From the NCBI RefSeq assembly GCF_000315625.1, contig NW_005434471.1, positions 1 through 64,000 of the forward strand: 64,000 nucleotides of DNA, in the 5' to 3' direction. Below the pieces are notes generated by a model. The model was not told where the DNA came from, searched no databases, and worked only from the letters and a program-made list of their open reading frames with translations. Shown in pieces: positions 8,273 to 21,339 of this stretch (the first letter of the stretch is position 1; every line of letters starts with the position of its first letter). Origin of the DNA: Guillardia theta CCMP2712. Its lineage: Eukaryota; Protista; Cryptophyta. A program made the position numbers and the translations under genes.

Positions 8273-8897
8273 ATGAATTTCAGCCAATTCTCTCCAATTT
8301 CGAAAATACTTGCTTTACTGGCATGCTTAGGCTCATCACATTGTTTTCTATCATCACTTTCTCCTACCCAAGAGTTTGTCGATGGAATCGTCTTGAAGAC
8401 AAACAAATGCCATCATCTGTATTCTTGTTCCTTTCAACCAAGAGGATTCGCAACATCTCGTGTTACCAAAAGCAGTAGCAAGTTGGCTCCTCTTCCACTT
8501 CGAGCGCTGGTGCCTGGCATGGAGTCGCTCCCTTCGGTTTCATGGAAAGGGGTGGTCCTCCTGTCCGCCACGATTATACTCGAAGTGCTCGGAGCGATGT
8601 GCATGAAGATGTCAAACAACTTTGCCAACATCATTCCAAGCGTCTTGCTCTTTGTCTTTTACGGCTCCTCTTTCTACCTCTTCACGCATGCGCTCAAGTA
8701 TTGGCCTCTCAGCATCGCCTACGCTATCTGGTCAGGTGTCGGGACAACGGCGACGGCAGCAATCGGCATCATGATCTTCGGTGAGGCGCTGAGAGCAAAG
8801 CATTTCTTCGGACTCATCCTAATCATCCTTGGGGTAAGCGATGAAAGAACATGCGTACAAACTGATTTGATACTAGGTTGTTTCGATGAATTTGTAA
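8273..8897 (+). CDS. Small multidrug resistance (SMR/EmrE-QacE family) transporter with N-terminal bipartite leader
   Basis: IILEVLG..MKMS (Glu14 equivalent) and PLSIAYAIWSGVG..IG..IFGE. GT-AG intron 8834-8876 gives the C-terminus GVVSMNL*. Leader ...LLACLGSSHC-F. Confidence 0.85.
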
Positions 8898-8989
8898 ACT
8901 ACTCCTGTGCAACTTTGCATGCCGTTACTCGTCAGTAAGAAAACTATTCCCGCAATGGAAAATTTAGAAATTCTATTTCAAGATGTCTA

Positions 8990-11909
8990 GAAGATATGAG
9001 GATCGACTGGCTGACTTCTATGCGTTTTCGTCAGAATGATGCTTGTCTGCCAAAAAATAATCAGAAAACACGCATAAATCAAGCAGAAATTACCTGCTTC
9101 GTGTAACTCTGCCGGCAGATCGTCTGTGAACGACACGATTAGCACACAAAAATCAGAACATGTCTTGCAAAAATTGACCTGAAGACACGACCCTGAAGGA
9201 ATGTAAGCAATAACGCAGACGAATTCCAAAAACATAGTTACCCTTCTGTTTCAGTAGAGGCAGCATGACGATTTTCTTCATCCCCATTCTTTTCATGATG
9301 TTCATGTTTTGAATCTTCTGCGTCTTCAGCTTTATCCTCCTGATTTTTCTCGCTTGTCCCTCGAATGGCCTCTTCTGCTCGTCGACGCGCCTCGGCAATC
9401 TGTGATGGATTTTAGCAAAGTAACTCCAAGCTACAACTACCTCCTCCTCAGCTTTCTGCCTTGCAAGAGCCGCCGCCTCCTCCTGCTTCTTTCTCATCTC
9501 CTCCTCCTGAAAGAATAGATCAGATTGAAACCAGAACCTTCGACTTATAATTCAACCTCAGCTTGACGCTTAGCAAGCAGTCTTGCAGCCTGGAAATAGC
9601 GAGAATAAGAAGGGAAGACTGCATTCAGTCTGACCTCTCGCTCGGCCTCCTCTTCGATCTCGATCAAGTCCTGAAGTGGCCGCGTAATGCTGTGAACATC
9701 CATCCTCTGCATAGCGTTCAGAACACAATCCAGGTTGCTGCGACAGGCTTACTTCTAGCTGCTCTCGGATGCCAAAGAGATACTGCACGCAGTTAAGGAT
9801 GAAAGGAACGAGAGTGCCACTCATGGTCTTGATCTTCATCCAAGGTCAACGATCTGCGCAGCGGAAGATACAACACAATCTATGATACCAGGTCGACCAT
9901 GTGTTTGCGATCCCCCTTGGACAAAGAAGACTCAATCTCAGCAAAGTTCGCTGCTGTCTGTTCTGCACAGCAGCAAAGAACTTCAACTATCATGCCTGTT
10001 GCCCTGGTACCACGAGAAACCAATGGTCAGAACCAAAGTTGTTTGACATTCAGAACAAGAAACCTCTGCCTGCATGTTATCATTGCACATTCTCGAAGCT
10101 CATTCAAAGAGTCCATCAGCTGTCAAACAGCAAAGTCAAAGTAAACAAAAGTATTGATCCAAACCTTGTTGCAAAGAAGTGCCAAAGGAATAAAATTCAA
10201 GAAGATTGACGGCGGACTCATAACTCCTGTTGCATTCTCTTCGTAGCTAACCAGATTGGGTCAATCCACAGATGGCCGTGACACTGAATAAGGTGAATTA
10301 CCGAGTCTTGACAGCCTCAGGCATTGAGTTGAGCTTTTGTGCAGCCAAGGATTGTTCATATGCGTCTCGTGCTGTGATCCATCTATCAGTCCTTGCATAC
10401 AGGATCTTGCAAACGATATACCGTTCGAAAGAGAGAGCTGTATAATCTCAAGCATTCTCATCTCAAAGATTTCACCAACTGCAAAAGCATCAATGGACAA
10501 GAACAGGTGCAGAATGATGCAACAAGGCTTTGATACCTGCCGATCTAAAATCAAGTCCTTCCCTACCCAAATACGCGCCACAGTACATCACCTATTTAAA
10601 AACGTGTCAAGTTGTTTATCAACATGCATTCTTATGCTCACCTTGTCCAGCAGACTCGATATCTGACTGCACTCTTTGATTCGCGGTAGGCCCTTGTAGC
10701 TAACGATCAGGGAAAGATTACATTGTATAGCACAACCTGATTGAGGACTGAAATGAAGTTTGTGATCCTCCTGCTCGCCCATGCATAGAGAAGCCCTCCA
10801 TCTGCTGATCCTTCCATCTCCTGATCAAAATAAAAGTATCCCTTGTTACTTGAAGGCTATTGAGATTGAAGCAGAGAACTCGCCTGGGATGAGGAGAAAT
10901 CCAAGAAAATAGCTCGATATTGTGTGACGATCTCAAAGATATGAACCCTTACCAAGTCTTTTGACCCATGAAAGTCGTCAGACATCCAAAAAGCAGCCAT
11001 CAGTATCTCTACCTGTAATTTTGCTAAGTGATTGATAAACTGGTCCAGACTTCTCAGCTTCGTCAAATGCTGACTGTAAGACTTATCAAACATTCAAGCA
11101 GCTTTTGAGATGTTTTCAAGACCTGAAGCCACAAGTCTCTACATTCCAAGAAAATAAAGCGAAGATCTTCTTCGCTGTGCCTACCAAGTCGTCGGAGGAC
11201 ACCAATCACATGCAGGCAGACTGGCAGTTGGATATGACTCTGAGATTTGACGTCATAAGCTCAAACGATTCATTCAGACACTCTGCACCTGAAGTTTTTG
11301 CAGGAGTTGATAGAGCATGTTGTTCTCACTGCGTTCGACGGCTTGAAATAGAGATTCAATTAGGGTATTCTCTTGATGCCGCGCTCGCAAGCGTCGGGCA
11401 AAGGCTGCCAGTTCAAGCGCTTCCTCATAATACTCATTTCTCACAGCCGTATCCATGAGCTGCGGAACTTCCAGTACTTCAAGGAGCTGAGCATGCATCT
11501 TCCAGGTTGTTTGGGTCTGTTTTCGCAGCAAATCCACCGCCTTCGCATGTTCCTCTACTTCCTCGCAAGCTCGCTGCAGCGATGGGACATCAGCCGCCAA
11601 CTCATGGAGCAGTCGCCCACTTAGTTCCAGCTCCTCCCTTACACTCCGAACGCAGACTGCTGACTGAAGAAAAGCACTGTAATTACTTACTGCGTGTGTT
11701 TCAGTGTCCTTCTTGACCGCATGGCACTCGTTTGCCAGCCGTTCTGGTTCTGCAGCCACTCTATCTAGACCGAGAGAGAGTAGTGACAGCAGAAATCGCT
11801 CTTGCTCGTCTCTCGAGATCCAGCCTTTCCCTGATCCTCCTCCTCCCCCCGACGATGCGTCCCACGACCCATCCAGCATGTCCATCAGCTGTGCCGTTCC
11901 GTCCGCCAT
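8990..11909 (-). CDS. COG8: Conserved oligomeric Golgi complex subunit 8 (Dor1 family), multi-exon, 3' end approximate
   Basis: LLEVLEVPQLMDTAVRNEYYEEALEL, RVHIFEIVTQYRAIF, PPSIFLNFIPLALLCN..LNELREC and LVPFILNCVQYLF, followed by a charged tail. Confidence 0.85.
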
Positions 11910-12165
11910 GTTCTGCTGGCACCTTACTCAGGTACTACCCCCTCACCCCCCTACCCCCTCAAAATTAGCATCGTGACAACTGCACTTCGAGAGGATCACC
12001 ATAGTGAGGCAGGCCTGCAACTTGCATGTCTGTGGAACCTTCCAAGCATACAGTCGGTGACATTCTCAAGTACTGAAGGTGCCGGGGTGCCCCTCATTAC
12101 CTAGTAAACCGATATGTAAATCCCTGCAGTTCATGGGTATCCCACTCTCCTTGACCCGTGCCATC

Positions 12166-13780
12166 ATGGCGAGACGACGGTGCATCGTTCTCGCCATGAC
12201 CGTGGCGATGGCGGTGGCGATGGCCGGTGAATCCACCACCACCAGGGAGCAGGACGAGATCAAGGACAGGCAACTTCAGCGGAACAGAGAGAGTCATATC
12301 ATTTCCAGACTTGGAGGGCCCAAGTATCAGCTTGGGTCCGAAGAGCTCGACGGAGTTTGCACTTCCTTGGACGGGCCTCGTTGCGATCCAGATGAAAAGG
12401 CAAGACACCTGGCTCAGGAGCGAGCAAGAATTGCAGGCACCAACTCACGTCCAGATGGAAGCAGAAGCACAACAGGCACGCGAGTGAAGACAGTTCAAGA
12501 GTTCAAATTCGAAAATGGGAAAGAAGTGCGCAAATCCGTGGAGAAAACTCTACACTCCGACGACTCTGAGCCATTGGTAACCATTGTGTTTTTGTCATGA
12601 ACAATGTTCCCAACTTTCCTCTCGTTGCTCTCACAAGTGCTCGCATTGCACACTCATGAACTGTCGAATCACGTCCCGTTGACCGCAGGTGATATTCAAG
12701 ACCATCTCTGCTGGTGAAGACCTGAATAAAGTGATAAGCCAAGTTCAAGCAGAGATAAGTGATGCTCTCAAAGGTATCTGTGACGTGCTCTAACTCCCAT
12801 TGACCCAAATGCTCAGAATTGGATGGAGACACGGCGGGGCGTGAGTCTAAAACATCGAAATCGAAAGTTCAGAATGAGCATCAGCACCAAACGCAAGAGA
12901 AATCTGTGAGCAAGCAAACAGATCAAAAGGATCAGAGAGATCTAGACACAGTGCGAGAATGTGGCCAACACAAGACTTTGGCGGAGAGCTCGCTGAACCA
13001 TGCAACCGAGGAACACATCAACATTTGCAAGCACAACAGAAAGCTTTATCGATGCACCAAGACCGATGGGAATGCTCTGGCGAATGATAGAATTGGTCTT
13101 CTCAAGGAATCGTGTCTGGACCCTACCTTCAGTGCGAAAGAATGTGACGAAGGTGATCTGAATGCTTCTTCGTGCACTAGTTGAACGTTTTTGCAGGAGA
13201 GAGGCTTTGTGAGCTTACGTCTCCTTCTTCGTTTTCTCAATTCTCTTCACCAGAGCGTGAGCAATGGTATGATGTTTCCTCTTGTTCCTCAAGTATGCTG
13301 CAGCTTGCACGTTCGAGTACAAGCAAGGATTTGTTCCCGATGACCCCCGACAAGATATTTTCATAGCAGGTAGTACGGAAAATGATGGTGCAGCCATTGC
13401 CTTATACTATTGCAAGCTAAATGGTAAATTGCAGAGATGACTTGGGAGCAAGCAAGAGACTGGTGTAATCGACATGATCTTTGCGCGGCTTTTACATTCG
13501 GTAGCAACATTCAACTAAAGCTCGTACTGAACGCTTGATCAGCAAACAAGCTATCCACCCCCTCAACTCCAGTTACAGTGTGGTTCAAGAAGATAACCTA
13601 CACTGATCCTGTAAGAATGCTACCCGCTACCGAGATGTTGACCTCAAGTTTGTTTTAGAGAGGAAGAGGCTGGCACACATTTGTGAAGAAATGTCCCGAT
13701 CCGACGGCGCGAAGATTTGACTACCTGAAGACTCTGAAGCCCCAGGCGTTGGCGTGGCTCAGACATGAGCTACTTGATCA
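12166..13780 (+). CDS. Secreted/Cys-containing hypothetical protein, multi-exon
   Basis: Hydrophobic signal peptide MARRRCIVLAMTVAMAVAMAG followed by short GT-AG introns. Boundaries uncertain. Confidence 0.45.
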
Positions 13781-13889
13781 GGTTGAAAACTTACATTCGT
13801 ACTTTGCCTTCGAGTGAATTCTGTGTGCAAAAAAGATTGCGTTTGTAGACAGATTGCTTGAAGCGACCCCTTACCGGAACGGAAATGAT

Positions 13890-15100
13890 CATGAAAAAAC
13901 GCGGCAGAGATTGGAGAAAGATTTTGCACTTTCAAGAATAAAGGCGAAGCATCGGCAAATTGTAGATAAAGCACAGGTACAAACTCAATTTCCTACTTAA
14001 CGATAAATTGATTGTTTCTTGTGACAGCTCTCAAACAGTGAAGATACTGATGAGGTGGAAATAGTTCTATTCATTTCAGATCTTGTTACATTCGTTTGGT
14101 TTAGGACAAAATGTACGGAATAATTTCTCTGGATGCTGATGACGTAGAATTTTGTTGGTGGTCAACTATGTATGATGCTTTCATGGGTTCAGATTGCCAG
14201 TTGGGAAGACGCTTACAACTTGATCAAAGATGTCCTTGCGAAGAAAGGTTTATTTCCTGAAGGAAAACAGATTATTCTGGACGTTTGATTGCTGATTGCT
14301 CCCGATAGGAATTGGAAAGTCTGACAAAGAGATCAAAACTCTTGCAACCCATCTTTGGCAATCTATTTCTAGGTGATTTATTCCCGGTCTGAGGATTTTG
14401 ATGTTGATACAAATTTCAAGCCTTGAAGGCAACGAATTTGAAGACGATGCAGCATCGTTTCAAGTTGGCCAATCGTAAGCTTCGACTTGTTCAATGCTGT
14501 TTCACATACCTAAACCGGTTTGTAGTGTAACGGCACGATGGAAAGGAGGTGATTGGTTTCCGGGCAAAATTGAGCGAGTGAATGAAGATGGAAAGACTTA
14601 CGGTACGAATCAAATTACTGTTGAGCTGCATGAAATGCTTTAGAGTTTCTACCTGTTTGAATTGCTTTCAACAGCTATTCAATTCAACGATGGAGACTTT
14701 GATGAATCCGTGCCAGTTCAAGACATCAAAGTCGCAGGTGCCACTAGCACCAGGCGGCATGGAGATGATTGTTTCTCATCAGCGACACAGGAGGTGGTAA
14801 GAAGTCAAACCCTGACGGCGAAAAGGATCGGGGGGGAGGCAGATCAGTCGACAAGAAAGAAATGAAGCTGACCACAAGTGCTGATGCGAGATCGATGATC
14901 AAAGCGTAAGCGTTTGGTTCAAGTAGTCTCAGATTGACTTTCTAGAAGCTTGCAGAACCTGAACCCTACAGGAGGCGTGAAACGGATTCTTCAAGGTGAA
15001 AATGCTGTTGCTGCTCTTGCTGCTTGTGTCAGGTGCTGACGATAGTTTGTAGCCCTGGAAGCCTCACTCAACGCGACGTACACGAGCAAACCGAAATGAC
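13890..15100 (+). CDS. Tudor-like domain protein, multi-exon (structure uncertain)
   Basis: WFPGKIERVNEDGKTY / IQFNDGDFDESVPVQDIK across an intron (~14550-14730) resembles an LBR-type Tudor domain. Confidence 0.45.
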
Positions 15101-16969
15101 CTGGCTGATGGGACTACATTATTGTTTTTATTGATTTGGAGCAGAGCACGACACTGGAAGTCAAGTCGCAACAGACCGATTGCATGAAAATTTTGGCAAT
15201 AAGTCTAGTTTGGGAAGTGCACTTTGTACATAAACCAACAATATGAAATAGATTGTCAATCATAGAAATGAAATGTCTTTTGGGCTATATTCCCTCTGTG
15301 CTCAAAACATGAGCACATCATGAATCGTATGTACAAGTTATTCATTCAATTACAAGCTGGTCATTACACCAGAATTTACAAAATATCTAGGCTTCTAGGT
15401 TATCACTATCATTTGAAAAAGGAGAGATTCAACGATGGCAGTTTTATCCTGTAAGAGTTGCTTTTGGCTACGTAACCCATCCCTTCTTCTGAGCGCTGGT
15501 AGTAATTGAAATAATAGTAAATATCCTTCTTGGCACAGCAGGTAAAAACAGTGTTCGAATTAGACAAGCATCGTTGCATCTTCAGTCCCACTTCGTCGTA
15601 AAGGCTTTGTTTCTTGACTCTCTTCGGATCCAGAAGACTTCCAGAGCCAGATCGTTTCAATGGAACTTTCCTTGAACCCCTCATGCTCCATGAGAACAAT
15701 GAGTCAGGATTGCTGATTTGATTGTTATCCCTTTCCGACTCGTCTTTGGGGCTTTCAGCTGGCGAGGAGGTTCGTGATCTAGATTTGAAGCTGATCAATC
15801 GTGTCATGCTTGAGCTAGATGAAAGTGGTCAATGTTTCTTCGATGAATGGATCTTCTGCTGTTGCCCGCGCACAATTGTTCCGCTCCTGTTTTGCGGTCG
15901 TCTCGCCCTTCTTCTTTACCCCGGGAGACTTCTAGTACCACCCGCTTTCCGATGGCCACCCTACCCCCCAGAGATGCTTTGCCTGGATGAGCATGAAGAA
16001 GCTGTGGTGGAAGAGGAGAAAAGTATCGAATAAGAGACTAAGATAAAACACCAAGGTTTCATGTCTACCATATTCGTACAAAGCCAGTGAATTTTCAAAA
16101 CATGTAAGGGGGTCCTTGGTAATGTTTGGACCAGGGTTCACTACTGGCCCCAGGTCACCAGTAATAATACACTTTACTACAGGACTGTTGACCGACCCCT
16201 TCCCTCAGCCCAATCTAGTACCACGGGGGGGTTTCACAAGGGGTCGGGAATAGACTTTCAATGCCGGTGGTGGCCCCACCCCTGCAAATGACCGCAACAG
16301 TAGTAGAGGAGTAAACTTTCGATCATGACCCGTCATATCATGTCAACTTTCATAGCTGTGAGGGGGGTGGCTAGTATACAATCATGGGGGTAGTACCGTT
16401 GCCGTATCACCCGGCGGCCATGCACCTTGTCTAGTTTGTCCTACTAGGCCCCGAGGATCAAACTGACGCGACCGAGTCTCGGTACCTCTCTATCGGCCGA
16501 TTGCCGGCGGCAGCCGTCCCGGTGCTCCGATACTACTGGCCATGACGAAATGACTTCTGTGAAGATATCAAAAAAAGTCATCAGGCGTTGACAAAAAGAA
16601 TTTCAAGTTGAGTCCAGCGAGCGGAAAGTCCGTGGCATTCTTTTTTTGGTTTTTTTTTGCGGGGCCCGGACTCCGAATGGAGCTTCGGGCCAGGCTCGTG
16701 AAGGGCCGGGCCCAGGCCCGCAGGCTCGCCGTACCGGTACGATCGGCGGGCTGTGACCGTACGGTCACGTTCCCAGTGATCGCCGGACCGTCCGATCCGG
16801 ACAGTGCTAGGGTCGGTGAACTGAAAGTTCAACCGGGCCAGTCACGGCAAAGCCGCCTCCCACAGGCAGTGGGCCAACTTGCCAACTTGGCTTGCCAAGT
16901 CCTCCTCGAACTCTCGGCCGGCGGCCCCCGGACGGAGCCTAGTCCGACGATTGAACTACGCTCACCCAT

Positions 16970-17552
16970 TGTTATCATCTTCATGAGGCATGCTTATATG
17001 CTTATCGTCTCCATTCATGAGGCATGCTTGAGACTTTACTCAAAGTTAAGTTAGAAATCAGTACGAGGACAATCCGATCAGGAGTCGGAGAGTCGAGGAG
17101 GCTTGACCCTCGGACACTGTCGCACAGGCCAAACGGCGAGAAGAGAAAAGACAGCGAGAACCAAACCCAATCCTGCCGACTGCTGTCCGGCTTAGTATCA
17201 TCTTCACAAGTCACTGAGTCACGAGGCATGCTTATCATCTTCATGAGGCATGCTTATATGCTTATCATCTTCATGAGGCATGCGGCTTATATGCTTATCA
17301 TCTTCATGAGGCATGCTTATATGCTTATCATCTTCATGAGGCATGCTTATATGCTTATCATCTTCATGAGGCATGCTTATATGCTTATCATCTTCATGAG
17401 GCATGCTTATATGCTTATCATCTTCATGAGGCATGCTTATATGCTTATCATCTTCATGATGCATGCTTATATGCTTATCATCTTCATGAGGCATGCTTAT
17501 CATCTTCATGAGGCATGCTTATATGCTTATCATCTTCATGAGGCATGCTTAT
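16970..17552. repeat. 30-bp minisatellite GCATGCTTATATGCTTATCATCTTCATGAG interrupted by a ~190-bp insert
   Basis: About 2 units at 16970-17030 and ~11 units at 17225-17552. Confidence 0.92.
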
Positions 17553-17706
17553 CATGTCCATGCCGGATCATTCTCTTGTGTCTTTTATCTTCCCTTGATT
17601 GATCGCACAAAGTTCTTTAAAAAAAAAATTCAAAAAAAATAAAAGTCATCCGTTACAGTCATGATGATGTTTTTGACTGATGTTTTTTAGAGAGAGTCTC
17701 GGTGAC

Positions 17707-19071
17707 ATGCTCCCGAGGCGGCGGCCCACAGCGGGGGCCTCAAGACCAGGATGGGGAGAGAGTGGAAGACGAAAAGGTGGATCGACAGGCTCTTTGAGTC
17801 CACAGGAGAGAAGAATGAAGGCACCGGATGAGGACAGAGAAAGCAGCTTCTCAGATAGAAAATATGGCGATGAACAGTTGAGACCCTCTTCACCGTACAA
17901 CGAAGATGAAGACATGAGACTATCGTCGTTCAAGTCCCTCAGACCTTTCTCAAACTTCTTGGATGGACAGATGAGTGATAGGTACATCCCTAATGGAATT
18001 GAAAGAGATACAAAGCAACCTCTGCTGGCAGGCAGCTCCCGCTTCAAGGAGCTGGACGAACTCTTGATGCACAAGGATCGTGAGCTAGAGGCGAAGGACC
18101 AGAAGATTCGTAGCCTGCAAGCAGAGATCAGAGAGTACAAAGAAGAGATTCGAGCTCTTGAGCAGCAGAAAGGATCGTATCCTCGTTTCATGGACCTTCC
18201 TTCCAACATTCGCCCTGAAGATGTAGAGGATGCATTCCGGCTACGGGCGACAGCTGAGCAAGCAGCATCTGAGGGAGCCGACATGTTGGAAAAGGCGCTT
18301 GAGAGTGAGTGAGATGAGTGTAGGTATGAACTTTCTAAGCCTGCTCCCATCAGAATTGACGATTGAAAAGTCGCGACGGCGAGAAGCAGAGGCGAGGTAG
18401 TGAGATATCGTGATGTTCGACTTGAAAGAGAGTTTCCATTGATTCAGGTTGATGAGCATGAGTGAGAGTCCCCAAGCTTCTGAGCTGCGAGCATCATACG
18501 AGCGGCTGTCGATGGAAAACAGATTTTTGAAGGAGAAGAACGACGAGCTGATGGCCCGGTCGATGAAGGCAGAGGAAGCGAACAAGTAAGCTCTTGCGTG
18601 CAAGATGAAGGTCTCTATGTCACTGAGCCATAGGAGCTCCGCCTCGACAAGTGACGAGATGTCGTCAAGCTTGGTTGACCTGCAGTGGGCGAGACGAGAG
18701 GTGTCAGAGCTAAGAGGCGTCGGGCAAGTTTTACAGCTCCAGGTATGACAACTGGGATGGAGTGAAGACAATCAGCTGATTCTCTTCCACAGCTGGAAGA
18801 GCTCAGGTCGGCCCTGTCTGAGCAGTGCAACCACACACAGAACGCGAGACTTGAAGTCGCAAGGCTGCAGGCAGAAAACGAAATTCTCAGGAAGGAGCAA
18901 ATTTCTCGGAGCATCAACTCCTTCCTTACCGTCACTCCGCATCGGACTCCTCTTTCCGCCGCTTCACATGCGGATAGATCGTTAGAGACCAGGTCTCCTC
19001 TGAGGACCTTCTCTCCGATGGCACAAGTCGGCATCAACCGAACACGCTCAGCGATGGGCTCATTTTCATAG
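17707..19071 (+). CDS. Coiled-coil hypothetical protein, multi-exon
   Basis: Heptad-rich ELEAKDQKIRSLQAEIREYKEEIRALEQ. Continues through short introns. Confidence 0.55.
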
Positions 19072-19128
19072 ATTTCTGATTCTTTCATTTCATTACATGG
19101 ATGTTAATTTTTCTTTGTTCATCTTGTT

Positions 19129-21339
19129 CTAATCTGTTATTCTCAGTGTTATTCTTGGTGTGTTAGCAACCTTAGGTGCTTCAAGGTCTGTAGGGTCGGC
19201 ATAAGCGTCGACGAACATCCAATGGACGAGGGAGCGCATGAGAGCGAAGATGGGCCATCGCTTTGCGACAGCAGATCGAGCCTTGTTCTGTCTCTCCTTG
19301 TACATGACTCTGCTTTCAGCCGTCGACAGCTCCTGCTCCAGGTGGAACACTTCGAGCGGCTTGATTACAATCATGATCGGAACTCCCCACCATCTGACCA
19401 TCACCACGAGGCCCCGCCAGCCGTTGGCTCGCTCCTCATCTCGCTCCAAGGGAGCTTTCCTCACGGATTCCATCGCATAGTCAAGATGGTCCTGCACCTC
19501 CAAGATCTCCAATCGTTCCGTGCACTCCCCTTGTTCTCGACCGAGGAAGGGGATGTCGGCATCATGAAGCACGGCAGGCGTGAATCTCGTTGCTCGTAAG
19601 CGGTCAAGCAGTTTTCTCCCCTGGTTCGCACTCTCAACAACAATCCGAACCGACAGGATGTTCCTGATGTACTGCGAGTCGCTGTACCTCCCACGCGTTG
19701 TCGACGACCCTATGAAGGCGTCGAGGTTGCAAAGCTTGTCGGCCACCATGTCAAAAACTTCGTCGTCGCTCTTTTTGTATCCCGAGAATCTCAGGATTCC
19801 TCCCGATCGATCGACATCAAGGGAAGTGAGGGCTTCGTACATCACCGAGTGCGATATCAGCTTGGGCTTCTGCCAGTCGTCGGAGTGAACAAACTCCTTC
19901 TGCTTCAGCCCAACACGCTCCAAAAATGCTGAACGACCGTGAAGAGCGCGATTGAGCGATTGCATAGGCAGCACCTGCATAGATGACAGCAGGGTAGAGC
20001 CGAGCTCCTGACCCGGCATGAGCGCCCATAGTGTCTCGTCAGGCAGTGGCTCCATGATGGTAAATCTTTCCCTGCGCTGCGCTCTTCTCGTTTCACCTGT
20101 CACCACTGAGCTCCTGCTAAACTTTGAATCTCCATAGATGGTCCTTGCAAGCACTTCACAGAAGCGCATCAGACGCGTTTCTCCTCGCACCATCGCACGA
20201 CGGAAACCTTGTCGCACCTCAATGAGTTCCTGTCAAACTGTCAGCATCTTCAACACAACTTACTGCATAACAATGCTCACGTGTTTTGAAAACTCAATAC
20301 TGTGAGCTTGGAAGGGCAATTGCATTAGAAGTTTTCGCTTTTGCTCTAATCGCAACAAGATCTTTTCGATCGAAGGCTCCAGATCTTGAGTAAACATCTT
20401 GAGAGCAGAACCATCTTGTCTCTCCCCGTAATGGACCCACTCTAAAAGCTCGTCCTCGTCGTTGCTCGAGCTTTCTCGCCTTCCTTGCAGCATCTTGTGT
20501 AACTCAGTCTCGAGTCCACCGTTACATCCGCCCACGGGAAAGATACAAGGGATGCGAAAGAACTCCTCCTTGTCGACCGCTGCAGCATCATGAGATGCAG
20601 CAGCCGAGACCTTCACTTTGCCGCACAGCAGTCTGTTCTTGCACCTCCGTATCGAGATTAGCGTCCCTTGAACTAGCATCCCGTCCTCCCTCTGACCATA
20701 AACGATCTGACCCGGACGGAAACGAATCGATGGATGGTTACGAAGCAGATTGACCTCTTCCAGCTTGTCACGAAACCACCTTGCCTGCTTGGCCATGGTC
20801 TCTCTTGTTCCAGGATGGCTATAAGCCTCTTGTCTCAGAGTTCCCTTGAACCTCTCTACCCGCAATTCTCCTTCCTGGCGAATCTTTCCGTCGCTCAGCG
20901 ACCCCTCCCTGAACTTTGTACCAGAGACTGAGGAGCAAACAGACCCAGCAGCAGATTGACGTTTCTCTTGCACCTTTGACTGCCGACCAAACCCCTTTCT
21001 ATGAGCGATCAGCCCAGAGACTTCCATCTCCTCGTTCGGTTGCTGTACATCACTGAGCTCCACATATTTGCATGCGCATCTCAGCCCCCCAAGGATTTTT
21101 TGCCGTTGTTTTCTCTGCAAACTATCTGATTGCTTGTGGTATGTGAGAGAGCACAGCTTCTCTCGTGTTTCCCCTGCCTGCTTCCCCAGCCTCGCCCCCC
21201 ACGCCGTGTATGGACGTCGTGTGGCGCCCCCCAGAACAGGAGGGGCAGGACGAAAGGCTTGTGAGCATTTGGAGAGGCAGAGGCACAGCAACAAGATCCA
21301 TTTAAAAACATTGCTAGCGTCCCTCTTGATGCATCCCAT
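19129..21339 (-). CDS. Plastid-targeted RelA/SpoT synthetase-like (nucleotidyltransferase fold) protein with degenerate motifs
   Basis: Two long ORFs joined by an intron at ~20230-20280. Leader ...CSQA-F. C-terminal KKSD..KL..IRNILSVRIVV..VQDHL..NGWRGL..IMIVIKPL..MYKE follows RelA/SpoT motif order. Confidence 0.6.
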
